A stretch of DNA of 64,000 nt from contig OX597815.1 of assembly GCA_951406725.2 (NCBI GenBank), forward strand, positions 185,504,001-185,568,000, written 5' to 3'. Position numbers and translations under genes: made by a program. Below the pieces are notes generated by a model that saw only the letters and a list, made by a program, of their open reading frames with translations, was not told where the DNA came from and made no database searches. Source of the stretch: Octopus vulgaris (taxonomy: Eukaryota). Of this stretch, positions 27,758-39,348 are shown in pieces (positions within the stretch are counted from its first letter, which is position 1; each line of letters opens with the position of its first letter).

Positions 27758-27896
27758 TTGCGAAGTCATCATCATCATCTTCTTCATTAGCTTCGGCTGC
27801 AAGTTCCTCTTTTGTTTTTTTCTTGCGGCCAACTCGACCCTCGTCTAAATCAGGTTCTGCCTCTGGTTCCTCTTTGACCTTCTTTTTAAGTCCATA
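27758..27896 (-). CDS. cpx: Complexin next internal exon (YGLKKK...DDDDDFA)
   Basis: Acceptor ctttcatctactattccag|TAT GGA (phase 0, matching the previous donor) and donor GCA A|gtaaat (phase 1); 139 nt. Encodes YGLKKKVKEEPEAEPDLDEGRVGRKKKTKEELAAEANEEDDDDDFA. Confidence 0.95.
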
Positions 27897-28066
27897 CTGG
27901 AATAGTAGATGAAAGATAAATTAAACCATTATATATATATTCAATACAAACCAAATCAAACACACACACAAACTATAGGCATTGGGTTGGTTGCATGGCT
28001 AAGATTGGTAAATTTGATGCTTAATCTTACAGTGCAGCATCTTAGACTTAAGCTGACCAATGCCTT

Positions 28067-28294
28067 TTAACCCTTTGGTTACCAACCCGGCTGAAACCAG
28101 CTCTGGTTCTGAGCACAAATGTCTTGTTTTCATAAGTTTTGAATTAAAATCTTCCACCAAACCTTAGTCACAATTTATGTTCCTAACACTAGCCGAATGA
28201 TAACTAAGTTATTTTACTAAATTCTTTGTTATATTCAAAATTAATTGAAAGAAACACAGAGCATCTCAAAATAAATACAGTAACGAGGGGATTA
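28067..28294 (+). mobile_element. piggyBac-like MITE family 2
   Basis: ttaaccctttggttacc...gtaacgaggggattaa; homologous to 36981-37210 and, inverted, 40872-41052. Confidence 0.75.
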
Positions 28295-28423
28295 AGGGTA
28301 ATTTGATAGATGGAAGCTGTAGGAGCTTGTCATGAATATGCATGAATATATTTATACACGTGTGTGTGAACTGTAATAATATGGCACAAAACATGATTGG
28401 TATTTTTAAGATTTTTAAGACAA

Positions 28424-28658
28424 GGCGGTGAGCTGGCAGAAACATTAGCACGCCAGGCGAAATGTTTAGCGGTATTTTGTCTGTCTTCACGTTCTGAGTT
28501 CAAATTCCGCCAAAGTCGACTTTGCCTTTCATCCTTTCGGGGTCGATAAATTAAGTACCAGTTACACACTGGGGTTGATGTAATCGACTTAATACCTATG
28601 TCTGTCCTTGTTTGTCCCCTCTGTGTTTAGCCCCTTGTGGGTAGTAAAGAAATAGGTA
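28424..28658 (+). mobile_element. SINE family B, full-length copy (others at ~1-160, 11055-11240, 41880-42025, 45700-45845, 53250-53680, 54470-54680, 55360-55500, 57960-58160)
   Basis: Recurrent ggcggtgagctggcagaa...ttctgagttcaaattccgcc...gactttgcctttcatcctttcggggtcgataaattaagtaccag; B-box-like gagttcaaattcc. Confidence 0.85.
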
Positions 28659-28979
28659 TTTTTAAGATTTATATAATATACATAGCATTTGAACATCCTT
28701 GGTATTACAACAAAATATACAAAATAATGTCTGTTGCACACTTTTATATACACTAGTCATGCAGAGTATGCACAACCAAAGTGCTATATTAGAATCCTAT
28801 CAGTGTTGGTGCCACATAAAAAGCACCAAGTACACTCTGTAAAGTGGTTGATGTTAGTAAGGGCATCCAGCTTTAGAAAACATGCTAAACCTAAAAATGG
28901 AGCTTGATGCAGTTCCTGGCCTTATTATCCAGTTCATGCCAGATACTGAATGGTGATCATAATAATGATTTGATTTTAT

Positions 28980-29020
<41 letters not shown>

Positions 29021-29022
<2 letters not shown>

Positions 29023-29539
29023 CGCAGGTGTGGCTGTGTGGTAAGAAGCTTGCTTCCTAACCACATGGTTCTGGGTTCAGTCCTATTGCATGCTTACCCT
29101 GGGCAAGTGTCTTCTACCAAAGCCTTGTGAGTGGATTTGGTGGACGAAAACTAAAAGAAGCCCATCATATATATATATATATTTATATGGTGCAGCCATC
29201 TGGTTCGCCAGACCTCAGTCAAATCGTCCAATCCATGCTAGCATGGAAAGCAAACATTAAACGATGATGATGATGAGGATGATGATATATATATATATAT
29301 ATATATATCCATGTGTGTGTATATCTTTGTGTCTGTGTTTGTCCTTCCCATCAGTATTGCTTAACAACCGGCGTTGGTGTGCTTACATCCTTGTAACTTA
29401 GCAGTTAACCAAAAGAGATCAATAGAATAAGTACCAGGCTTGAAAGAAAAGTTCTGAGGTTGACTTGTTTGCCTAAAGTTCTTTAAGGCGGTGCTCCAGC
29501 ATGGCCACAGTCTAATGATTTAAACAAGTAAAAAATAAA

Positions 29540-29541
<2 letters not shown>
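29021..29541 (+). mobile_element. tRNA-derived SINE family A (contains a nested family C tail)
   Basis: Head ggcgcagg.gtggctgtgtggtaagaagcttgctt...gggttcagtcc; tail gctccagcatggcc.cagtc...aaacaagtaaaa. Multiple copies in the window. Confidence 0.85.
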
Positions 29542-29600
<59 letters not shown>

Positions 29601-29633
29601 GGTGAATGAATTATCCTGTGTTTACCGTTAACA

Positions 29634-29713
29634 TTTCCTGATGAGAAGATTGCATCTTACACCGTTTATTCCTTTGGAATAAAACCATGTTGTCTTCGAA
29701 ACATATGTCGAAA
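29634..29713 (+). ncRNA. Type I hammerhead ribozyme, minimal Penelope-type
   Basis: uuuc-CUGAUGA-gaaga(extended stem II)ucuuc-GAAAC-auau-GUC^gaaa; full catalytic core and a palindromic stem III (ACAUAUGU). Confidence 0.75.
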
Positions 29714-29771
29714 GTAAAAGAATTTTAATAACATCGTTCAACTCCATTTATTTATTTATTCATATATATAT

Positions 29772-30165
29772 TCTTTTATTTTTACTTGTTTCAGTCATCT
29801 GACAGTGGCCATGGTGGAGCACTGCTTTTAGTCAAGCAAATCAACCCCGGGACTTATTCTTTGTAAGTCTAGTACTTATTCTATCAGTCTATTTTGCCAA
29901 ACTGCTAAGTTACGGGGTCGTAAATACACCAACGTCAATTGTCAAGCGATGGTGGGGGATAAACACAGACACACGAACATATACATATATATGTATATAT
30001 GACGGGCTTCTTTCAATTTCCGTCTGCCAAATCCACTCACAAGGCTTTGGTCAGCTTGAGGCTATAGTAGAAGACACTTGCCCAAGGTGCCACACAGTGG
30101 GACTGAAACTGGAACCATGTGGTTGGTAAGCAAGCTTACTTACCACACAGCCACTCCTGCACCTA
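29772..30165 (-). mobile_element. SINE family A, inverted relative to the 29021 copy
   Basis: Reverse complement of the family A sequence along its whole length. Confidence 0.85.
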
Positions 30166-31010
30166 TATTACTGTTTATAACTTCGAGTTATTGCTAATAA
30201 CTTCAAGTATTGGTTGTGGAAAGAAATAACATCAGCTTTACTCAAGACACCCAGAACAAATTGCTGTAATGTGAAACAACAATGTCTAAGAGTATTAGTT
30301 TGTGTTAGCATTAATATTGATTAATGCAGAGATTTTCCAAAACAGCAAGTGTTTGCCTCACCTAAGTTATAAAACCTCTTGACATATCAGAAATAAATAA
30401 ATACAGAAATGACTAAAAACCGATCAATATGCTACATATCAAGCCATCCTGCATTAAAGTTTTACATTTCTTAGCTGGAAAATAAATAAATACAAATTAA
30501 AATGTAGAATTACATTCGTAATTTGAATTCCAGTAGTATTTGATAATCTGAATGGAATTATAAAAAGCGTGACAGCATTGATTTTTATTTCTCAAGTAAT
30601 TTCAACATTCAAGTAATACTAATTACGTTCGTATATGCAAAGAAAAGTCACATTTCTCTGACAAACATTTAGCTTTTTTAATTTATTAATAACAAAATGT
30701 CCAAAGAATTTTTATATCTCATGATAACCGTTCAAAATAATTGTTTGCTTTCTAAATAATATAACCTTGAAGAAAAATTGCTATGCTGTTTGGTAATTAC
30801 TGGCTTATTTCTAGAAATTCTGTATACTTAATTGTGGTAATTTACACAGATCAAAGTAGCTGATTTATGAAATATAAAATTAAAAATCCAAAATCAACTA
30901 CTTTTGCTAGGAAACATATTGAGCCAATTATATGATATATAGCACATTATAATTAAATGCAGTAGATAATTAGCTTTGAAATCTTTCAATTCTGTATATG
31001 TGCAGGTGTT

Positions 31011-31051
<41 letters not shown>

Positions 31052-33847
31052 GACAGAAGCTACATATGTATAAATAAATGTATGCATATGTTTATACACA
31101 TATAAATGTGTGTATATACAGACAGATGGACAGATAGACAGATAGATAGATTGATGGACAGAAAAACAAACAGAGAAGTATAGCAAGCCAACTTGACTGT
31201 GTAACACTGCCTGCTTTGGCATATACACGTGCATACATGAATTTACAAATGTATTGTAGATACGTATGTGTGTTCACTAAACGTTCTTATCACCTATCCT
31301 TCCCTGTTTTTCAAGCGAGAGATATTTTTAATTCCACTGATGTTTGATAGCTCTAAACTACAGAATATATTATTTATTGGGAATGTAAACATGTTTTCAC
31401 TACTTTACTTGTAATACCTAGATGTAGTGAATATGATAGCAGTAATTCCTTTCTGTGCCATCATGTAGATGAACAATCCTTTGAGATCTCTTTGATAAAT
31501 GCTCTGTGTCTGCAATGGAATTTTCCTGAGAGGGTACAAAGGTAATTTCCTATGGCCAGCCTTTGTCAACTAGATACAGACAATTCACCGTGCCTTTCTG
31601 GGGTTCACAGAACACAAAGAGCTGGAACAAAATACTTCAAAACATTTTGTCCAGCACTAACAGTTTCTCTAATTCACTGCCAGTGGCACATAAAATTCCC
31701 CCACTAATTCTCGGAGTGGTTGGAATTAGGAAGGGCATCCAGCTGTAGAAACTTTGTCAGATCAGATTGGAGCCTGGTGCAGCCTCCTGGCTTGTCAGTC
31801 CTCACTCAAACTGTCCAACTCTTACCAGCATGGAAAGCAGACATTAAACAATGATGATGATGATGATGACTGCCATGCACTTTTACATGATTTCATCAAT
31901 TCTGGAAGGGTGAATGACAGAAGATGGTTTTGGCAAAATATAAGCTCAAAACTATGACAGGAACAAATGCCACAATGCATTTTTGATTGATGTTTTAATT
32001 AGCCTGTTAATTCCACATCTTACAGATGTAATACCCAGGGTTTAATGCAAATGCCTATAACCCACTTCTACAAAAAACTGGCCTTGTGTATCTAAGTAAT
32101 ATATTAAGATTGTGTTTCCTTCCTTCCGGAGCAAGGTTCTAATTTAGCCAGGGATGTTTTCCCTCCTCTCTGTGAAGCTTTTATACATCAAAATTGATAA
32201 TATAGCTACCAGTAAGACAAGAAGGTTTTAATCAATTTAGCATTTCTATTCAGGTTTAAAATGTCTGGCTCTTTGATTAAATGAGATATAATAATTATGG
32301 TGCTTTCTACACTTTTAATGACGTTTATCTTTTTATCATCTTTCACCTTAATGCAATTTGTATGTCGCCATAAAGTAAGCTAAAAATTTATAAATTTAAT
32401 GATGTAAATTTTGTATATTTGCTTTCTGCATTGTCATTACTAGAAAATATTCTGAAATGGAAATGCAAGCACATTTATTCACCGTTTTCAAAGCAATCAT
32501 ACATAATATATGATTTTGAAGAATTCTTATCTTCCCTATCTCCCTTATCTTACTCTGTTTCTCATCCGCCTTTCTTTCTTCTTTTTGTCATTTCAGTCTA
32601 AATTGTAAGATTTTTATTTCTTATTTTCTTCTCTTTATTTGAATTATACATTAATTGAATCATTAACCATTTCAATATTACACATTTTTAACTCCATTAT
32701 TTTATTGATGAAGACTTTTCTAATGTTAATGAATGTGAGAAATAAACGTTTATCAAATATTTATCATATTCTATTCAGAATATTATAGTATCTCATTTAT
32801 TTTGCATTCATATTTTGATGCTCAGGTCAATGGAATACACACTAAAATTGAAACTAGTTCAAAATAATTGACTAAAATATTATCTTACAAATTTTTGACT
32901 TGTACCTCAATAAAAAAAGATACCAATCTACTGGAATTGTTTTTCAACCAATAATTTAGTACTTTATTTGTTTGTTATTTTGAAATTTTCCCATATTCTA
33001 GTTTTCCTTTCAACCCCCTCAGGTCAACATTTTGACTATGGCTAATTAATTAGAAATAATAGAATATAATAAACAAATAGCTATGGCCATAAAATGCTCA
33101 AAACAAAAAGTAGGGTAACAGTTAAGCTAAGAAAGAAGAAAACTGAAAAAATTGAGGAAGACTATTTGACTATAATTTCTTTATTTGAATCTCCAGAAAT
33201 AGTATTGTCTTCAAATAGAAAATTAAAAATAATTATGCAATTAGGAAAAGACAACATTACTTCAATGATATTATTTTGCTTCTCACTGCATGATTATTTC
33301 TTTATTAGCTCTTTGATGTCTACTACATTAAATATACCGCCAACACAAAATATTGTTTTTCATGTTGAAAGCTTTTCCGAATAATTACCATCAGAGTTAT
33401 ATTTCTAAATATACCAATTCTAATGCCTATCATATGTAATATAGTACTTCCACTTAGTAATTCTTTCATCACTACTTCAACAACTATAATGAAGTATATA
33501 ACTCCACTGATGAGTTCTAATAAAACTAAAACATATATGGAGTTATTTCCCATAGGTTTTATTTTTATACAGTTCTATATTTAACAGATGAGGAATTATG
33601 AACATTATTTACATTTGATGGATATTTGTCCTCATCTTGTTTGTTGTTAACAAACAAGATGAGGACAAATATCCGTCAACTGTAAATAATGTAAATAATG
33701 CATTTATTTTTATAGTTTACCAGTAAAAAGATTGTTGTACAATTGCTCAAAATATTAAATTTTTTTGTGTCTGACACTCATTATCAAGACTTGGTTTTCA
33801 AACCTCATTATAATTAATTGTAGGTTATCTTCATCTGAATAAATATG

Positions 33848-35773
33848 CAAGAGTTATCTCAAAATTAATATTGTTTTAGTAATTGACAAAGCTCATTCAA
33901 ATTGCACATCTTGGGACAGCAACTCTTCCTAAATGGTTAGTTTTTCTTATTTTTTCATTGCAGGTAAATTATGGGTCCCAAGCAGAAGCAACATACTGTC
34001 ATTGAGTTCTTGAAAGCAGGCTGTTTGGACATTCATAGAAGACTTAAATTGTTTACAGAGATGATACCTATTTCTTTACTACCCACAAGGGGCCAAACAC
34101 AGAGGGGACAAACAAGGACAGACAAACGGATTAAGTCGATTATATCGACCCCAATGCGTAACTGGTACTTATTTAATCGACCCCAAAAGGATGAAAGGCA
34201 AAGTCGACCTTGGCGGAATTTGAACTCAGAACGTAGCGGCAGGCGAAATACCTATTTCTTTACTACCAACAAGGAGCTACACACAGAGGGGACAAACAAG
34301 GACAGACAAATGGATTAAGTCGATTATATCGACCCCAGTGCATAACTGGTACTTAATTTATCAACCCCAAAAGATGAAAGGCAAAGTCGACCTCGGCGGA
34401 ATTTGAACTCAGAATGTAGTGGCAGACGAAATACTGCTAAGCATTTCACCCGGCGTGCTAATGTTTCTGCCAGCTCGCCGCCTTTACAGAGATGATACCA
34501 TTAACAAGAGTAATTTACACAGATGGATGATGAAGTTTAATAGAGGGAAAAACCAGCATGGAAAACAAAGTAAAACAGAGGAAGACCATCAGCTGCTAAC
34601 ACTGTTAGGAATCACCAGTAAGTGGCCAAAAAGATTTGCATAAACAGACAGGTCACTGTCTATGAGCTTACTGCACAACTGGACTATAGCCAAATTGTGT
34701 TACAAAAGATGGTGGAAGACTTTGGATATTGGAAATCATCATCATCATCATTTAACGTCCGCTTTCCATGCTGGCATGGGTTGGACGGTTTGACTGAGGA
34801 CTGGTGAGCCAGAGGCTGCACCAGCTTCCAATCTGATCTGGCAAAGTTTCTACAGCTGGATGCCCTTCCTAACGCCAACCACTCTGAGAGAGTAGTGGGT
34901 ACTTTTATGTGTCACCACCACAAGAGCCAGTCAGGCTCAAAAGATGTTTTTTACATGCTACCTGCATGGGAGCCACTGGAAAGTGTGTACAAAATGGGTA
35001 CTTTGGCACGTGACACCTGATTTGAAGGAGAAAGGTGTGAATGTTGGTTCTGACATGCTGGAAGAATTTGAACCTAATGAAGATAAGTTATTCTTTTTTT
35101 ATTATGCTAAGGTGACAGGGGCTGTAACCTGCATGTATCCTTATAATCTAGGAATGATGGCTAAGTTCTTTGGAATTGAATGGTCCCACACATATTCTCA
35201 AAGACCTAAGATGTGGTTGTAAAGAAATTTATGGTGACTGATTTTTAGGGAAGACTATAGTGTCACTCTACTTGATTTATACTGTGAATTGTAAGCAGTA
35301 CATTGTGACTGGAGAAGTTTAGAAAGTCATTTGGAGGAAGAGAGGGAATAAAAATCTGAGAACCCCATTCATTCTGACAGTAAGTGACCACACACATCTT
35401 TCGCAACAAATAAGGTAACAACCAAATTAGGTTGCTCACAGGTCCCCTAACCACCACACAGCTCAGATTTGGTGCTCTGCAACTTCCACCTGTTCAGCCC
35501 AGAAAGACAGTATTTGTAGATTTTGATGACTCAGATGAGGTGAAAGTGGTTGTGAAGAAATGGGTTCAGCAGTAGGCACCAGAATCATTTCAAAGAGGAA
35601 TCAAGAGTCAGGTTCAGAATGGCACAAATGTAACACATTTGATGGCAAATATTTTGAACGACACTTTTGCATAGAGGAAGAGCTACTCAACCAGCAATTT
35701 CTATTTGAACAACTTATGTCTGCTAATAAAAAATTTATGCCCACGTTCACATTACTTTTAGGACACCCCCTCA
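33848..35773 (+). mobile_element. Decayed mariner (Tc1/mariner) DNA transposon carrying two nested SINE insertions
   Basis: Transposase remnants QHTVIEFL..DIHRRLK, LHRWMMKF, VCTKWVLWHVTPDLKEK (WVPHEL-like), PPHSSDLVLCNFHLF (YSPDLAP-like) and WHKCNTFDGKYFE; degenerate TIRs at ~33850 and ~35750-35773. Confidence 0.85.
34069..34482 (-). mobile_element. Dimeric SINE (family B) with a 17-bp target-site duplication
   Basis: tttacagagatgatacc at 34052-34068 and 34483-34499; the ~185-bp SINE body is present twice in tandem. Confidence 0.9.
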
Positions 35774-36734
35774 TATTAGCAGTTCCATCTTTCTAATGAT
35801 TTTTCTGTCTTCACATAGTATTTTATCAATGTGTTAAAACTCTTTACCTGATGTTATTATTTTCGAAAAGACACAGCTGTTGTTCTGTCTATTATCAGCT
35901 TATTGGAAAATGGATTTTATAATTTCTTTTACAATTGTATAGCTTTTTTGTGCTCAAGTCTATCATTTTATAAAGGCTTCAAAACATAAAAAAAAGTTAA
36001 AAGATTTCTTTTTAGTATATTCCTATCTACAGATTTTTTTCTTATCTATTTTGGCTTAAATGCATGTTTGGTGCCAAACATCAATAGAGCATTTTAATAT
36101 TCCATAATACAACATTATACTACAAAGAAGGTTTGTGTATAGAACGGAAGATAATTAATAATGCATTCCCAAACATATTAATTAGCACTGAAGTTGGCTA
36201 GGGAATTTATAATACAACCACTCCACCATAATAAACGAGACGAGGGACAGATAATTTCCAATATAAAGCAATTAATAAAACCGGCTATAAAATAGATTAT
36301 TTTAATTTTTATTTTGTGTCAGTTTCAAGCATTGGACTGAGGCCAAGCTGGAGCATTGTCATCATGAATTACTAATTAATGACCTCTGGTATTTATTTCA
36401 TAAATTTTTGTATATTAAATGGCTAAGTTACCCTCTAGAAGTAAGTCCTTGTATTCACATACACACACATGCACACAAACAGACGTGTTTAAATATGTTG
36501 CAGCCATGAGGTAGATGTCGCCAGGCATCATCTGCAATGCAGTAGTACTGCTTCCCAACCAAAAAGTTTTGGGTTCGGTCCTGCTGCATGGTACCTTGAG
36601 CAAGTGTCTTTTCTATAGCCCCAAGCTGACTGAGGACTTGCCAATCACCTGACAGATGGAAACTGAAAGAAGCCTGTTGTGTGTGTGTGTGTGTGTGCAT
36701 GCACGCATACATATGCCTTGATATTGCATGAACG

Positions 36735-37562
36735 TTAAAGTTCTGAATTAAAATCTTTCACCAATCAGCAGTGGTGCCCCAGCATGGCTGCGGCCTTCAG
36801 GCTGAAACATTTTTAAGGATTTTAAGGATTTAAACCTTAGTCACAATTTATGTTCCTAACACTAGCCGAATGATAATTAAGTTATTTTACTAAATTCTTT
36901 GTTATATTTAAAACTAATTGAAAGAAACACAGAACATCTCATTGGAAATATAGTAACAAAAGGGTTAACAAATGATTAATTTAACCCTTTTGATACCAAC
37001 CCACCTGAAAGTACCTCTGGCTCTGTAGTACAAATGTCTTGTTTCCAAAAGTTCTGAATTAAAATCTTACACCAAACCTCAGCCACAATTTATGTTCCTA
37101 ACACTAGCTTAATGATAACTAAGTTATTTTACTAAATTTTTTGTTATATCTAAAATGAGTTGAAAGAAACACAGAGCATCTCAACAGAAATATGGTAACA
37201 AAAGAGTTAAGGAGAAAAATAAACAGCAGAAGACATGAGGGAGGGAGACCTCAATATGGTCACTCTATATGCTAGAAATAATAGCCTAAACTTTCTTCAA
37301 TCCACACCCTTCCAACTGCTTCTAATGTGCATCTGCCCAAACATTTCAACCCACCTGAAACTGCCTCTGGTCCTGTAGTACAAATGTCTTGTTTTTAAAA
37401 GTTCTGAATTATATTCTTCCCCCCAAACCTTAGTCACATATTTATGTTCCTAACACCAGTTTATTGATAACTAAGTTATTCAACTAAATTCTTTGCTATA
37501 TTTAAAATAATTGAAAGAAACACAGAGCATCTTAATAGAAATATGATAGTTAAAGTGTTAAA
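36735..37562 (+). mobile_element. Cluster of three same-orientation MITE family 2 copies
   Basis: aaacctt.gtcacaatttatgttcctaacact...gaaagaaacacaga.catct occurs three times; TTAA-flanked ends. Confidence 0.8.
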
Positions 37563-37802
37563 ATGCTCCTTATATTCAAATTCTTTTGACACTAACTTCA
37601 GTACCAAATATACAGACTAGCACAAATAGAGTTAATTTCTTGCATTGGTGTAAAATTAAATGAAAATGAGAAAGCTGACACCAATGTGTTACAATTTCTG
37701 GAGATTCCATAACCAAACAAAACAATGACAGGTGCAAAATGCCTTTTCCATTGTAATCTTAGAGACTGCGTTGAGTGTTTTACCTTCAAAAGTTTTACTA
37801 AC

Positions 37803-38206
37803 TCTCTTACTCTTTCACTCTTTTACTTGTCTCAGTCATTTGACTGCAGCCATGCTGGAGCACTGCCTTTAATCGATCAACTCGACCCCAGGACTTATTC
37901 TTTTGTAAGCCCAGTACTTATTCTATCAGTCTCTTTTGCCAAACCGCAAAGTAACGGGGACATAAACACACCAGCATCAGTTGTCAAGCAATGCTAGGGG
38001 TACAAGCACAGACACACAAACACACACGCATATATATACATATATATGACGGGCTTCTTTCAGTTTCCGTCTACCAAATCCACTCACAAGGCTTTGGTCG
38101 GCCCGAGGCTATAGTAGAAGACACTTGGCCAAGGTGCCACGCAGTGGGACTGAACCCAGAACCATGTGGCTGGCAAATAAGCTATTTACCACACAGCCAC
38201 TCCTGT
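37803..38206 (-). mobile_element. SINE family A
   Basis: Full-length reverse-complement copy. Confidence 0.85.
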
Positions 38207-38249
38207 AGTATTTGAATTCAATTAAATAAGGCATGAGAGCAAGTATGAG

Positions 38250-38612
38250 AGCACATGGTTCTGGGTTCAATCCCACTGCATGACACTTTGGGCAGGTGTC
38301 TTCTACAATAGCCTCAGACCGACCATAGCCTGTGAGTGAATTTGGTACACAGAAACTCAAAGAAGCCTGTCATATATGTATGTGTGTATGTGTGTGTGTG
38401 TTCGTCTGTGTTTGCCCCTCCCCCCCCCACGATTGCTTGACAGCCGATGTTGGTGTGTTTACATCCCTGTAACTTAGCGGTTAGGCAAAAGAGACCGATA
38501 GAATAAGTACAAGACTTACAAAAAAATAAGAACCAGGTTTGATTTGTTCGACTGTAGGCGATGCCCCAGCACAGCCTCAGTCAAATGACTGAAACAATTT
38601 AAAGAATAAAAG
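38250..38612 (+). mobile_element. SINE family A (5'-truncated), head-to-head with the previous copy
   Basis: catggttctgggttcaatcccactgc...cagtcaaatgactgaaac. Confidence 0.8.
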
Positions 38613-38949
38613 AAATATAAGTAATTAATTATTGATTAATTTTCCAATGTATCAAGTCTCAAGCTCAAGTATTTACTAATGAGCTTAGTAAATGTTCATA
38701 AGTATCAGATTAATTAACGATGATAATCTTCTTTTACGCTTGTATATGCTTTGCCTCCTTTTTCATTACCAAAGTTCTTAGACACTGATCTATACACAAA
38801 GTACAATTACTGCTACATATGCCCTCGCATATGTCTAAGTATCCTCACTCACACACACACAGATACCTACACATGTATAAATGCATGTAAGTATGTGTGT
38901 GCATGCGCATGCATTGTTTCTATATATAAATATGTGTGTGTGTATCGCT

Positions 38950-38959
<10 letters not shown>

Positions 38960-38983
<24 letters not shown>

Positions 38984-39348
38984 CACATACATATACATAT
39001 AAATACATATACTTATATATACATATAAATACATATACTTATATATACATATAAATACATATACTTATATATACATATATACATATAATACATACATATG
39101 CACACACATATATATATAGACATACATACATACACATATATATATATATACATACATACACACATATATATATACATACATACATACATATATATATACA
39201 TACATATATATACACATACATATACATATACATACATATACATATATATATACATATACATATATATATACATACATATACATACATATATACATATACA
39301 TACATATACATATATATACACACACACATACATTATATATATATACAT
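38960..39348. repeat. Compound TA/TACA microsatellite
   Basis: Direct inspection. Confidence 0.95.

Noticed and set aside
33498-33546. Hammerhead-like motif: CTGATGA flanked by a 9-bp stem
   Set aside because: The GAAA box and cleavage triplet are not intact, and it lies in non-repeat, dynein-like sequence.
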